Assembly (NCBI GenBank): GCA_963727525.1
Contig: CAVSGO010000007.1
Coordinates: 352,001-416,000 of the forward strand
From: an uncultured bacterium
Lineage (GTDB): Bacteria > Krumholzibacteriota > Krumholzibacteriia > LZORAL124-64-63
Direction: 5' to 3'
Length of the DNA stretch: 64,000 nt
Below, piece by piece: positions 28,968 through 39,079 of this stretch. The notes beneath the pieces were generated by a model. That model searched no databases. It was not told the origin of the DNA and saw only the letters and a list, made by a program, of their open reading frames with translations. Positions within the stretch are counted from its first letter, which is position 1; every line of letters starts with the position of its first letter. The position numbers were made by a program, and so were the translations under genes.

Positions 28968-31109
28968 ATGGTTCGAATGACTGTTATCACCGTGATCGTC
29001 GCGCTGCTCGGGTGCGGGGGAGTGGCGCACGCGGTCGAGGTGAGCGACCTCGACGCCATGCTCGTGCGTACGGATACGCACGACGTGCTGGTGTTGCGGC
29101 CTTGGATCCCTGCCGACGCAGCGCACGGCGTGTGGTTGTGGCCGGTGCCGCCAGGGACGCGTGTGGAGGTCCGGGGCGACATCGGGATCGATGCGTTGCG
29201 CAGCGCCGTGTGGATGGGGTCCATTCCGCTGAGTCCGACGAACGGTACTCGGCTGTCCCCGCTGTGCGGCATGGCGATCTTCCTCGGCGTCGTGGTGCAG
29301 CCGGTACGCGCCTATGGCATCTGCCGCGATGGGACCGAGTTCACGACGTTGTTACGCAGGGCCGGTCTGGTGCCTGAGTCCACCGACCGGGCGCGGTTCG
29401 AGGCCATCGTCGCCGGGGGCGACGAGGTTGCCGTCATCGCCTGGCAGCTCGGCGATGATCCGGCATCGGGGCGTCCAGCCGGACACGACCCGAAACCCCT
29501 CGAAGCCGTCGTCTTGTTTCTGCCCGGATACGCTGACGGAATCGCGATGCCGGCACCTGGTCTGCGACGCGGCTGCCTCGGCGATCTCCTGACCATCGGG
29601 CGGCGACCGGTCGTGCCCGACCCGGCCAGCGGTTCCCCGTGGGAGACGAGCCTGCTCGTGCGCGACGAGGCTGCCGATGCGCGCGCGGCGGCTCGCCTCG
29701 CGGGCGTCACCGACGTCGACGATGCCTGGTGCGTCTGTGCCTGGACGTTGCAGTACTGCGACGATGCGACGACCTTGCGGCCGGTGCTCCTCGACCCGGC
29801 GCGCGATCTCCTGGGTCCGGCGGCCCGGACCGCGGCGAGCTGGTGTGCCCTCGGGGACGATCCGCGCCGCATCGACGCCCTGCGCGGCGTGCTGGCCGAT
29901 ACGACACGCAGCGGTATGGCGCTCGCGTTTGCCGTCTGGGCCTGGTCGCAGCACGACACCGCCGACCGGATCGCACAGCTCGAGCGGTGGTCTCATCACC
30001 GAGATCCTCTCGTGCGCAGCGAGGCCTTGCTGGCTCTCGCCGACGTCGATTCGTCGCACGCGCTGGACCGCGACATCGCCATCCTCGGCGGGATCACTGC
30101 CACGGATCCGATCTATCAAGTCCTCATCAATCAGGCCGGCATGCGGGTCGTCGCCGGAGTGGATCGACAGCACCGCCAGCAGTTGCGGGCGCTAGCCGAC
30201 GCTGACGGTGGCTGGATCGACTGGGCGATCGGTGAATCGGTCTGGCGAACGCAATGCGATCTCGCGCGTGGACCCGTCGACTCGCCGACGGCCGACAACC
30301 TGACGCCGGGCGACTGGGCCGTCGCGGCGCTCGCCGTCGTGGCCGATGGCGATGCGGCGCGCATGCTACCGCGTGGGCTCGTCGAATCCGCGCTTCTGAA
30401 CGTCGCCAGAGCGAGATTCGGGTGCCGTTACCGGCAGAGTGGTCACGGCTTTTCGGATGGCTACTGGAACGGTGATCAGATCCTGCGGCCGCGGGATCCG
30501 GGCACCAGCTGGCCGACACTCACGCGGCTCGAAATCGCCCTGGCGACGCAGCCTCGCACGCGGGACGTGGTCATTCGCGCGGCTCTGGATGACCGACGCT
30601 TGCCTGACATCGCGGCTACGGTCTTGCTGGCGAGTCTCATCGCCTGGCGTCCCGAGGACGAGGCCATGGCGATCGCCATCCTCGGCACGGCCACGACGAT
30701 CCGCGATGTGATTCCGACGCGTTTCCGGACCGCGGGACAGCGGGATGTCGTGGTGGGCATCCCGTGGGCAGCCGCTGGTGCGGCGTACGTCCTCGCCCAG
30801 CACGGTCTCGTAGCGCCGATCCTCGCGGCACTCGCCCGCAACCCGACGCCGGAACTGCGCGCGGAACTCGTATTCGCTCTCGCGCTCGTCCGGGAGGAAG
30901 ACCCACGGGCGACTGCCGCCATCGAGGCTTGGCGCGACGACGTCGCCGCGCTCGCCAGCGATGCGCGGCACCGTGCGATCGCGGACGTCGTCACGGAGCG
31001 ATTGCGGCACATCGGTGACCGCGATCCGCAAGCCCGGCTCATCTGCGAGCCCCGATTCGGCTGTGCTTTCGAGCGGATGTGGATGCGGGCACGAGGGGCC
31101 CGACGCTGA
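28968..31109 (+). CDS. Hypothetical exported protein with HEAT-like helical repeats
   Basis: 713-aa ORF with a signal-like N-terminus and H.DPLVRSEALLAL; no family recognised. Confidence 0.6.
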   Translation: MVRMTVITVIVALLGCGGVAHAVEVSDLDAMLVRTDTHDVLVLRPWIPADAAHGVWLWPVPPGTRVEVRGDIGIDALRSAVWMGSIPLSPTNGTRLSPLCGMAIFLGVVVQPVRAYGICRDGTEFTTLLRRAGLVPESTDRARFEAIVAGGDEVAVIAWQLGDDPASGRPAGHDPKPLEAVVLFLPGYADGIAMPAPGLRRGCLGDLLTIGRRPVVPDPASGSPWETSLLVRDEAADARAAARLAGVTDVDDAWCVCAWTLQYCDDATTLRPVLLDPARDLLGPAARTAASWCALGDDPRRIDALRGVLADTTRSGMALAFAVWAWSQHDTADRIAQLERWSHHRDPLVRSEALLALADVDSSHALDRDIAILGGITATDPIYQVLINQAGMRVVAGVDRQHRQQLRALADADGGWIDWAIGESVWRTQCDLARGPVDSPTADNLTPGDWAVAALAVVADGDAARMLPRGLVESALLNVARARFGCRYRQSGHGFSDGYWNGDQILRPRDPGTSWPTLTRLEIALATQPRTRDVVIRAALDDRRLPDIAATVLLASLIAWRPEDEAMAIAILGTATTIRDVIPTRFRTAGQRDVVVGIPWAAAGAAYVLAQHGLVAPILAALARNPTPELRAELVFALALVREEDPRATAAIEAWRDDVAALASDARHRAIADVVTERLRHIGDRDPQARLICEPRFGCAFERMWMRARGARR

Positions 31110-31292
31110 GCGCTCGCTGACAAGCCCGGTGATGAGACACGCTCAGGGAGCTCGGTCCTCGCAGAGCCTGCGGAGACGCTCCCTGGGCGTGTCTCATCAC
31201 CGGGCTTGTCAGGGGGCGTCGGGAGGGCGCGCGGGGAATCCCGCAGCTCGTTGGGACGGGGAGTGGTCCCGAGACGAGTGGTGCCGGCACCA
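31107..31292. repeat. Structured palindromic element, copy 2
   Basis: 35-bp inverted repeat 31117-31151/31178-31212 (one G.T pair); loop 25/26 identical to copy 1; followed by TGGTGCCGGCACCA palindromes. Confidence 0.85.
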
Positions 31293-31322
31293 CGATCGGT
31301 GCCGGCACCAGACGTTGCGCAG

Positions 31323-34300
31323 CTAGCGGTTCGACCGCAGGGCCGCCAGCGGGATGTCCTGCTTGTCGAGGCCGGGGCCGGCCCACTTCAGGTCGAGGCC
31401 GATGCCGCCCAGGTGCTGGAAGTACTCCAGGTGCAGCTTGTGGGGGCCGGCAGCGAGAGGCGCGTCGAAGGTGTGCTCGGTGGCGCCATGCAGGCCGTCG
31501 GCGTCGACGGCGAGCTGGTCGTCGATCCAGAGGCGGCTGCCGTCGTCGCTGGCGAGGTAGAGGCGGTACATGGCGGTTTGCGGGGCCACGAGCCAGCCGT
31601 CGAAGACCAGGCCGATCTCCTCCTCGCGCGCCTGATCGGGCAGGCCCACCGTCTGGCCTTGCAGGGTGGCGACGGGGGTGAGGGTCGTGAAGTCGGGTAG
31701 CTTCACCCACGAGCCCTCGTAGTAGCGCGCCGTCAGGCCCGCGGCCGCATCGCCGCGCGGGGCTTCGGCGGGCAGCGGCCACGGAGCCACCTTCGTGAAG
31801 GTGGTGCGCCGCGTGGTCGTGGTCGGGAAGCCATCGGCGCTGAGGGTGGCGGCGAGGGTCGCCGTGTCCGTCACGTGGATGGGGCCGGTGTACACGTCCG
31901 ACTTCTCGGTGGGCTCGCTGCCATCGAGGGTGTAGCGGATCACGGCGCCGGGGTTGGGGCTGGCGAGCACCACGTCGATGGCGTCGCAGAAGGCGCGGCT
32001 CGAGATGCGAATGGCGAGCGACGGGCGCGAGGGCTGGTCGAGCAGCGGCGTGGCGGGCTCGGCGTGCGTGTTGGCGTCGTCGGTGACGGTGGCGGCGAGC
32101 ACGAGCAGGCGCGGGTCGTCGGGCAGGTGGAGCTTGCCGTCCTTCACCGTGAAGGGCGCGCCGTCGAAGCGGTAGAAGTTGGTGAACACATAGGGCTCGT
32201 TGTGGCCGTCGGCGGCGTGGCGGTGGGTGACCACCAGGCCGAGGTCGGCGTGCTGCACGTAGGCCGGCACCATCTCGTCGGGGTCGTGCACGATCTCGTG
32301 GCCGACGACGCGGCTGTCCCACTGGCCGAAGAAGGCGCGACCGTCGGGCACGCCGGCCACGTTGCCAACGCCCGTGGGCGTGACGGCGCAGGCGAGCACC
32401 TGGACGCGGCCATCACGGGGCAGGTCGATCACCTGGCCGCGGCACGCCACCAGGTTCTTCGCGCCCTGCGCGCGAGGGCCGGTCCGGAACGTCACGCCGT
32501 CGCGCACGAAGGTGGCGGGCACGATCTCCGACGGCAGGCTGTGGCCCTGGCCGTCGAAGTCGCCGTCGGCGGGGGCGGCGTCGCTGCTGATGCCGTCGAG
32601 GTTCCAGGGCAGGTCGATAGGCGTGCTCGTGGGTGGCGCGAGTCGCTGGTCCACGGGCGCGAGGTCGAGGGCGAAGGTGCGCACGCCGAATGCCGGCAGG
32701 GTGCAGTGCAGCAGGCCGTCGGTGACGGTCACGTCCTTGCCGGTGTCGATCGCCACCTCGTCGCCGCGCAGCTCGCGCACGGCGGTGATCGGCACGATCG
32801 CCTGCAGCTCGACGCTGGCGTCGGGCCTGCCGCTGGTTTCGACCAGCCGCACCACCAGACCGCGACCGTCCTCGGCCATCTTGAGGGCCTTGATCGCGAT
32901 CTGCGGGTCGTCGCCCTTCAGGCTCACGAACGAGACGCTGCGACCGAGCGGCCCCGGGTGTTTCTGGTCGCAGGCGAAGGCCAGCAGCGGCTGGTTGAGG
33001 CGGTCGGCCTGACGCGGCGCCTCCGGGTGCCAGGTCGGGCCGTGGCCCATCATGCCGAGGCGAATGAGGTGGTGGCCCAGGTCCATCGACTTCTGGTCCT
33101 CCACCCATTGCCACTTCGCGTTGATGGCCGGCGTGTGGATGAGGCTCAGGCGCAGGGTGCCGGCGTCGGGCCGGTCCCAGCCGAAGCGACAGTCGTTCAT
33201 CACGGTGAAACCGAACGTGCCGGACGCATCGGTGACGTCGGCCCAGCGCTGCGCGGGCACCTCGTAGAGCTTGGGTCGATCGAGGCCGCGCTCGATGACG
33301 CCCAGGCCGAGGTCGTACGTCGCCTGCGTGTCGCGCGCCGCGGGGAAGAAGGCGGCTTTGAGCAGCGCACCCTTGGTGCGCCAGTCGATGTCCAGGTCCC
33401 AGACGAGGCGGTCGCCGGCATCGCCGGCCGCCACCGTGAGCGTCTCCTCGATCGTCGATCCGGCCACCTCGTGGTGGAAAGTGAGGCGGCTCATCGCGGC
33501 ACCGGTCTCGACGTGGTCGGGCACGCCGCCCAGGGGCACCTGGGCGTAGGCAGCGGCCAGGAGGTCGTCATAGTCGACCTCCCAGGCGGGCCACTTCGTG
33601 GGCTCATCGTGCAGGAGCTGGAGCATGGGCGGCGCGGCGAGAAGCTCGCGATCGAGCTGCTTGTCGTGTAGCGACACGAGGCCTTCGCTCGCGAAGCGCA
33701 GGCGGTAGCGGTCGGTCTCGAGCGTTCCCGTGGCGGCATCCCAGCGCGAACCAGCCGCGGTCGGCTTCGCTGTGCGCAGGTCATACACGGACTGCCCGCA
33801 CCCGGGGACGCGGGCGAGGAACGTCGTCGCCCCGTCCGCGCTCTGGGCGGGCACCTCGCGGCCGTCGGGGCCGTACACGCGCCCTGCACCGGGCACCGTC
33901 ACGAGATCCTCGCGCGCGAAGCCGAGGGGATTGACCACGATGAACGGCGTGCCGTCGGCCCGCGTATCCAGCCCCCGACTGATTGCCCCCACCGCGTCGG
34001 TGAGCACCTGGGCGAACTCCTGCTGGCTGAGCAGCTCGTCGTTCCAGGAGAAGGGGTAGGCCTCGGGGATCGACGTGCCTGTGAGGTCGTCGTGGAACTC
34101 GTGCCAGAGGAAGCGGGTCCAGGCGCGCTCGAGGGTCTCGCGGGGATAGATCTTGCCGCCAAGCCAGGCGGCAAACGAGGCGGCGCCCTCGGCGGCGCTT
34201 GCGAGCATCTCGTTGCGGCGGTTCCAGCGCTTCATGGCGGCCTCGCTGGTGTAGCAGCCGGCGCCGTGGCTGGTCATGACCAGCTCGCCGTCGTAGCGGG

Positions 34301-35165
34301 GCAGGCTCGCCACCTGGGCCGGGGTCAGCTCGCGGAAGAGCTGGTCGGCGCCCGACGAGACCACCTGGACCGGGCCGTCCGAGGCGAGGCTCTGCTCGAG
34401 CATCTGCACCGAACCCTCGGAGGGGCCGCCGCCCACGTCGCCGGTGCCGTAGTACTTCATCGCCACGGCGGGGCCGCCGGCCGCGGTAGTGCGGGCCAGG
34501 GCGGCGACGACGGTGGAATCGCGGCTCACGTCCGACGTGAGGTCGTTGTCGTAAGCTCCTGGATTCAAAGCCGCTACGACCTCGGCACCGCCGACTCCGC
34601 GCCACACGCCCACATCGAAAGGCACGCCGTAGGCCGAGCCCCAGGTGAGCTTCTGGCTGGAGAAGCCGGTCAGACCGCAGTGGCGCATCACGGCCGGCAG
34701 GGCGTAGCCGAAGCCGAAGCAGTCGGGCAGGAAGACGTCGATGCTGCTCACGCCCAGTTCGCGTTTGAACCAGCCGTTGCCGTAGAGTACCTGGCGCATG
34801 AGGGTCTCGGGGGCGGGCATGTTGGTGTCGACGGCGTCCACCCACGAGCCGCACACCTGCCAGCGGCCGGCCTTCACGTAGTCGACCAGACGGGCGTACT
34901 CGGCCGGGTAGTACTCCTGCATGAGCTGATAGCGGAATGCGCCCTCGAAGTTGAAGACGTAGTCGGGGTACTTCTCGAGCAGCGCGAAGTTGTCGTGCAG
35001 CGTGTTGCGGAGGTACTCGTCGATGGTGGTCTGGATGGTCCAGCGCCACTGGGTGTCCAGGTGGGCTGTGGCTACGGTGTAGACCTTGCCGTCCTCGCCG
35101 GCGGCGCGAACCGCCAGGGGAGCCAGCATCACCGCCAGGAACACGACCACGATCAGCTTGCGCAT
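31323..35165 (-). CDS. Exported GH38 alpha-mannosidase with Fn3-associated/chitobiase-like and PA14 domains
   Basis: AHLDTQWRW, FLPDCFGF, FHDDLTGTS; IRYTLDGSEPT; LASDDGSRLWID...HLEYFQ (PA14); ATG after GGAGG. Confidence 0.9.
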   Translation of the reverse strand: MRKLIVVVFLAVMLAPLAVRAAGEDGKVYTVATAHLDTQWRWTIQTTIDEYLRNTLHDNFALLEKYPDYVFNFEGAFRYQLMQEYYPAEYARLVDYVKAGRWQVCGSWVDAVDTNMPAPETLMRQVLYGNGWFKRELGVSSIDVFLPDCFGFGYALPAVMRHCGLTGFSSQKLTWGSAYGVPFDVGVWRGVGGAEVVAALNPGAYDNDLTSDVSRDSTVVAALARTTAAGGPAVAMKYYGTGDVGGGPSEGSVQMLEQSLASDGPVQVVSSGADQLFRELTPAQVASLPRYDGELVMTSHGAGCYTSEAAMKRWNRRNEMLASAAEGAASFAAWLGGKIYPRETLERAWTRFLWHEFHDDLTGTSIPEAYPFSWNDELLSQQEFAQVLTDAVGAISRGLDTRADGTPFIVVNPLGFAREDLVTVPGAGRVYGPDGREVPAQSADGATTFLARVPGCGQSVYDLRTAKPTAAGSRWDAATGTLETDRYRLRFASEGLVSLHDKQLDRELLAAPPMLQLLHDEPTKWPAWEVDYDDLLAAAYAQVPLGGVPDHVETGAAMSRLTFHHEVAGSTIEETLTVAAGDAGDRLVWDLDIDWRTKGALLKAAFFPAARDTQATYDLGLGVIERGLDRPKLYEVPAQRWADVTDASGTFGFTVMNDCRFGWDRPDAGTLRLSLIHTPAINAKWQWVEDQKSMDLGHHLIRLGMMGHGPTWHPEAPRQADRLNQPLLAFACDQKHPGPLGRSVSFVSLKGDDPQIAIKALKMAEDGRGLVVRLVETSGRPDASVELQAIVPITAVRELRGDEVAIDTGKDVTVTDGLLHCTLPAFGVRTFALDLAPVDQRLAPPTSTPIDLPWNLDGISSDAAPADGDFDGQGHSLPSEIVPATFVRDGVTFRTGPRAQGAKNLVACRGQVIDLPRDGRVQVLACAVTPTGVGNVAGVPDGRAFFGQWDSRVVGHEIVHDPDEMVPAYVQHADLGLVVTHRHAADGHNEPYVFTNFYRFDGAPFTVKDGKLHLPDDPRLLVLAATVTDDANTHAEPATPLLDQPSRPSLAIRISSRAFCDAIDVVLASPNPGAVIRYTLDGSEPTEKSDVYTGPIHVTDTATLAATLSADGFPTTTTRRTTFTKVAPWPLPAEAPRGDAAAGLTARYYEGSWVKLPDFTTLTPVATLQGQTVGLPDQAREEEIGLVFDGWLVAPQTAMYRLYLASDDGSRLWIDDQLAVDADGLHGATEHTFDAPLAAGPHKLHLEYFQHLGGIGLDLKWAGPGLDKQDIPLAALRSNR

Positions 35166-35170
35166 GCGCT

Positions 35171-36505
35171 CTACCTCCGCCTCAGTTTGTCCAGCAGCAC
35201 CGCGCCCAGGATCACCAGGCCCAGCACCACTTTCTGGGTGTAGCTCTCGACGTTCGTCAGGTTCATGCCGTTCTGGATGACGGCGATGATGAAGGCCCCG
35301 ATGAGGGTGCCCAGGATCTTGCCCTCGCCGCCGGACAGGCTGGTGCCGCCCACGACCACGGCGGCGATCACGTAAAGCTCGTACATGAGCCCGTAAGTGG
35401 GCGCTCCGCTCTTGAGTTGTGAGGCCATGACCACGCCGCCCAGACCGGCCAGCGCGCCGCACACCACGTAGGCGAAGAGTAGCACCGCGCCCGTCCGAAC
35501 GCCCGCCAGGCGCGCCGCCTCCTCGTTGCCGCCCACGGCGTAGATGGCGCGGCCCAGAGCCGTGCGTGTCATGAGCAGGTGGCCCAAGGCGTAGAGCAGG
35601 AGCATGAGCCACACGGCCCAGGGGACGCCCAGCCAGGGGTCGTCGCCGCGGCCGAGGGCCGTGGCCATTTCCGGAGCGTCGTAGATGGGGCGTCCGCGCG
35701 CGACGATGTAGGCCACGCCGCTGGCCACCTGCATCATCGCGAGGGTGGCGATGAACGGCGGCAGCCGGAAGCGCACGATCATCGCGCCCGAGAAGGCGCC
35801 GGCCAGACCGCAGAGCGCGATGGCGCCGGCGGCGCCCAGCAGGAGGGCGCCGGCCGAGGCGCCCGCGCCGCCGAGGCCGCGCACGAACCAGGCGCAGACC
35901 ACGGCCGACAGCGCGATGAGGCTACCCACCGAGAGGTCGATGCCGCCGGTCACGATGACCAGGGTCATGCCCACCGCCACGATGGCGATGACGGCGATCT
36001 GACCGGCCACGTTGCGCAGGTTTTCGGCGAGCAGGAAGGTGGGCCAGCGTCGAGACGCCGGCACGACCACCGTCGCGTCGGCCAGACCAGGTAGCGCTCC
36101 ACGTACGGCCTTCGCCACCGGTCGGCTCGCCTCCACGGTGACGAGCCAGCGCCGGTGCGCCGGGGCCGCGGCGAGTCGCTCGGCGGCGGCGCGGATGGCG
36201 GCCGGATCGCCGCTCGCGGTGGCCACTGGCGGGTGTCCGGCATCACGCAGATGGCGTGCGAGGTCGGTGACGAAGAGGCGATCGTCCTCGGTGTCGCGCC
36301 CGACGACGGCCACGGCGTCGTCGGCCTGCAGGTTGCGCGCGAGGTGTTTCGCCACCTGCGTGGCCGCGCCGGCGCCGCTGGGATGCTGATCGGCGATGGT
36401 GAGGACGGAGAACATCGCGCAGAGCAGCAGCAGCACGCCGAGCATGCCATAGCCGGACACCATGCGGCTGGCCAGGCCCGCGAGCGATGTCCGCGAGGCG
36501 TTCAT
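35171..36505 (-). CDS. Sugar ABC transporter permease (RbsC family) with an inserted soluble domain
   Basis: GMTLVIVTGGIDLSVGS, PPFIATL, GR.IYAVGGNEEAARLAG, YELYVIAAVVVGGTSLSGG. Confidence 0.9.
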   Translation of the reverse strand: MNASRTSLAGLASRMVSGYGMLGVLLLLCAMFSVLTIADQHPSGAGAATQVAKHLARNLQADDAVAVVGRDTEDDRLFVTDLARHLRDAGHPPVATASGDPAAIRAAAERLAAAPAHRRWLVTVEASRPVAKAVRGALPGLADATVVVPASRRWPTFLLAENLRNVAGQIAVIAIVAVGMTLVIVTGGIDLSVGSLIALSAVVCAWFVRGLGGAGASAGALLLGAAGAIALCGLAGAFSGAMIVRFRLPPFIATLAMMQVASGVAYIVARGRPIYDAPEMATALGRGDDPWLGVPWAVWLMLLLYALGHLLMTRTALGRAIYAVGGNEEAARLAGVRTGAVLLFAYVVCGALAGLGGVVMASQLKSGAPTYGLMYELYVIAAVVVGGTSLSGGEGKILGTLIGAFIIAVIQNGMNLTNVESYTQKVVLGLVILGAVLLDKLRRR

Positions 36506-37986
36506 GCCGACACCGCGAGGGCCATGACGTCTTCCTGGGTGGCGCCGGGCACGTCGGTGATCTCGCCGGCGATGCGCCCCTCGCGCATCACCACGATGCG
36601 GTCGCTCATGCCGAGGATCTCCGGCAGCTCGGAGCTGATCATGAGGATGGCCTTGCCGCGATCGGCCAGCTCGTGCATGAGCCGGTAGATCTCGTGCTTG
36701 GCGCCCACGTCGATGCCGCGGGTGGGCTCGTCGAAGATGACGACCTGCGCGTCGCGCTCCAGCCACCGCGCCACGAGCAGCTTCTGCTGGTTGCCGCCCG
36801 AGAGCTGGCCGGCGGGCTGCTGCGGGCCGGTGACCTTCAGGTTCAGACGCGCTGCGTGGCCGGCGAAGGCGGCTGATTCGCGGCGCCGGTCGAGCCAACC
36901 CCAGCGCGACCAGCGGTCGAGATTGCCGAGGGCGAAGTTTTCCAGAGCGCTCAGGCCCAGCACCAATCCCGCGCCCTTGCGGTCCTCCGGCAGCAGGGCC
37001 ACGCCGTGGGCGATCGCGGCGCGGGGCGAGGCTGGGCGCACGGCCTGCCCGTGCAGCGTCACAGTGCCGGACGTGCGCCGCGCGGCCCCGAAGAGGAGGC
37101 GCGCGAGTTCGGTGCGTCCTGCGCCGACGAGTCCGGCCAGTCCGACGATCTCGCCGGCCCGCAACGTGAGGTCGGCGTCCTGCACCGGTCCGCCGCCCAG
37201 TCCGCGCGCGGCGAGCACCACGTCGCCGGGGCGAGCGGTGTGCACGGGAAACTCCTGTTCCAGCGATCGGCCCACCATCAGCTCGATGAGGCGGCGGCGA
37301 TCCAGCTCGGCGCGCGGCCACGTGCCGAGGCAATCGCCGTCACGCATCACGGCGATGCGGTCGGCGAGCGCCAGGATCTCGTTCAGGCGATGGCTCACGA
37401 AGACGAGGCCCAGGCCCTCGTCCCGCAGCGCGCGCAGCACGGCGAAGAGTCGGTCCACCTCCGTGGGCGTGAGCGTGGCGGTGGGTTCATCGAGGATGAG
37501 CACGCGCGCGTCGCCGAGCAGGGCGCGCGCGACCTCCACGAGCTGGCGTTGTGCCACGTCGAGCCGGGCCACGGGAGTCTCGGGATCGAGGCTCAGGCCC
37601 AGGCGGGCGAGAGCCGCCGCGGCCTGTGCGCGCTCATGGCGCGCGGGCAGCAGACGCAGGGCGCCGCGTTCGCGCCCGAGCAGCAGATTGGCGCGCACGC
37701 TGAGGTTGGGCAGCAGGTTCAGCTCCTGGTGCACCACGCTGATCCCGGCCGCGGCCACCTGCCGCGGGGAGAGCCCGGTGACGTCGCGCCCGGCCAGCGT
37801 GATCGTCCCGGCATCGGGACGCGTCGCGCCCGCGCAAATCCTGATCAGCGTGCTCTTGCCGGCTCCGTTCTCGCCGACGAGGGCCACGATCTCGCCGCTA
37901 CCGACGGCGAGGTCGGCCCCCCGCACGGCGACGACGCCGGGATACGCCTTGCGCACGTCGCGTAGCGCGAGCAGCGGCGCGGTCAT
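36502..37986 (-). CDS. Sugar ABC transporter ATP-binding protein (RbsA family)
   Basis: GENGAGKST, LILDEPTA, LSGGNQQK, DEPTRGIDVGAK, ISSELPE. Confidence 0.93.
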   Translation of the reverse strand: MTAPLLALRDVRKAYPGVVAVRGADLAVGSGEIVALVGENGAGKSTLIRICAGATRPDAGTITLAGRDVTGLSPRQVAAAGISVVHQELNLLPNLSVRANLLLGRERGALRLLPARHERAQAAAALARLGLSLDPETPVARLDVAQRQLVEVARALLGDARVLILDEPTATLTPTEVDRLFAVLRALRDEGLGLVFVSHRLNEILALADRIAVMRDGDCLGTWPRAELDRRRLIELMVGRSLEQEFPVHTARPGDVVLAARGLGGGPVQDADLTLRAGEIVGLAGLVGAGRTELARLLFGAARRTSGTVTLHGQAVRPASPRAAIAHGVALLPEDRKGAGLVLGLSALENFALGNLDRWSRWGWLDRRRESAAFAGHAARLNLKVTGPQQPAGQLSGGNQQKLLVARWLERDAQVVIFDEPTRGIDVGAKHEIYRLMHELADRGKAILMISSELPEILGMSDRIVVMREGRIAGEITDVPGATQEDVMALAVSA

Positions 37987-38933
37987 CGCGTGTAGAGCTG
38001 GCACGGGATCAGGATCTGTGGTGGCACCGTCTTGCCGGCCAGGTAGTCGGCCACCGCGCCGATCGTGCGCCGGCCGATCTCGAGCGGCTGCTGGACGACG
38101 TCGGCGCTGATCTTGCCGTCGGCGATGGCCTGCCGCGCCTCGGGCACCGCGTCGAAACCGACGATCGCGATCTGACCCGATTTGCCCGCCTTCTCCACGG
38201 CCGCGAGGGCGCCAAGCGCGGAGTCGTCGTTGATGCCGAAGATCGCGTCGAGATCGGGGTGGGACTGCAGGATGTCCTCGGCGGTGCGGAATGCGGTGTC
38301 CTTCATGCCCTTGCCCGAGAGCTTGGCCACGACGTGCACGTCGGGATACGCGGAGGCCAGCTCGCTCTCGAACCCGGCCACGCGCTGGATGACGGACTCG
38401 ACCTCGGGATGATCGATGATGGCCACGTCACCCTGGTTGTTGATGGCCTGCGCCACGGCCTGGGCCGCCAGCTTGCCGCCCGCCACGTTGTCGCTCGCCA
38501 CGTGGCATACGATCTGCGCACCCTCGGCGAGCACGGCGATGTCGGCCGTGAACACGGGGATGCCCGCAGCGTTCGCCGCGGCGATCGCCGTGCCGATCGA
38601 CCGCGAGTCGCACGGGCTGACGATGATCGCGTCGACCTTGCGCACGATGAAGTTCTCGAGCTGATCCTTCTGCCGCGCCACATCGAACTCGCCGGCCTGC
38701 ACGAGCAGTTCGTAGCGATGCGACTCGGCGCCCTCGCGCAGCCCCTGCTCGAGGTCCTGGTAGAACGGATGTGTGCGCGTGAGCAGAGAGACGCCGATCG
38801 TGGCGGCCGGGGCGGCGCGCTGGTCGTCCGCCTTCTTGCCGCCGCCGCAGCCCGCGAGTCCACTCAGGACGAGCAACAGCGGCACACCCAGGAGGCAGAG
38901 CCGGGAACACGGTGAGACGGGGCGGCGGCGCAT
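37983..38933 (-). CDS. Sugar ABC transporter substrate-binding lipoprotein (RbsB family)
   Basis: Lipobox LAGC; HPFY, SDN..GG, NDDSALGA, IVGFDA. Confidence 0.92.
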   Translation of the reverse strand: MRRRPVSPCSRLCLLGVPLLLVLSGLAGCGGGKKADDQRAAPAATIGVSLLTRTHPFYQDLEQGLREGAESHRYELLVQAGEFDVARQKDQLENFIVRKVDAIIVSPCDSRSIGTAIAAANAAGIPVFTADIAVLAEGAQIVCHVASDNVAGGKLAAQAVAQAINNQGDVAIIDHPEVESVIQRVAGFESELASAYPDVHVVAKLSGKGMKDTAFRTAEDILQSHPDLDAIFGINDDSALGALAAVEKAGKSGQIAIVGFDAVPEARQAIADGKISADVVQQPLEIGRRTIGAVADYLAGKTVPPQILIPCQLYTR

Positions 38934-39079
38934 GGTACCTCCTGGCCGGCAGTGGCGGCCGGGTCCGGGCGACGTGTGGCGGGCGATGCACGCAAAGCTA
39001 GCACCCGGGCCGCGGAGGGTAAAGCGGACCGTCTCGGCAGCGTCGTCTCGGCGGCGTCGTCTCCGCGGAAGCGCGGCGT

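Noticed and set aside
28701-31292. Hairpin elements as CRISPR repeats or integron attC sites
   Set aside because: Only two copies 2.4 kb apart, no spacer array, no cas or intI genes, and no RYYYAAC/GTTRRRY cores
35166-37333. ORF-track extensions of GH38 (to 35612) and the permease (to 37333)
   Set aside because: They overlap upstream genes; starts at 35165 and 36505 fit the RBS or stop/start overlap
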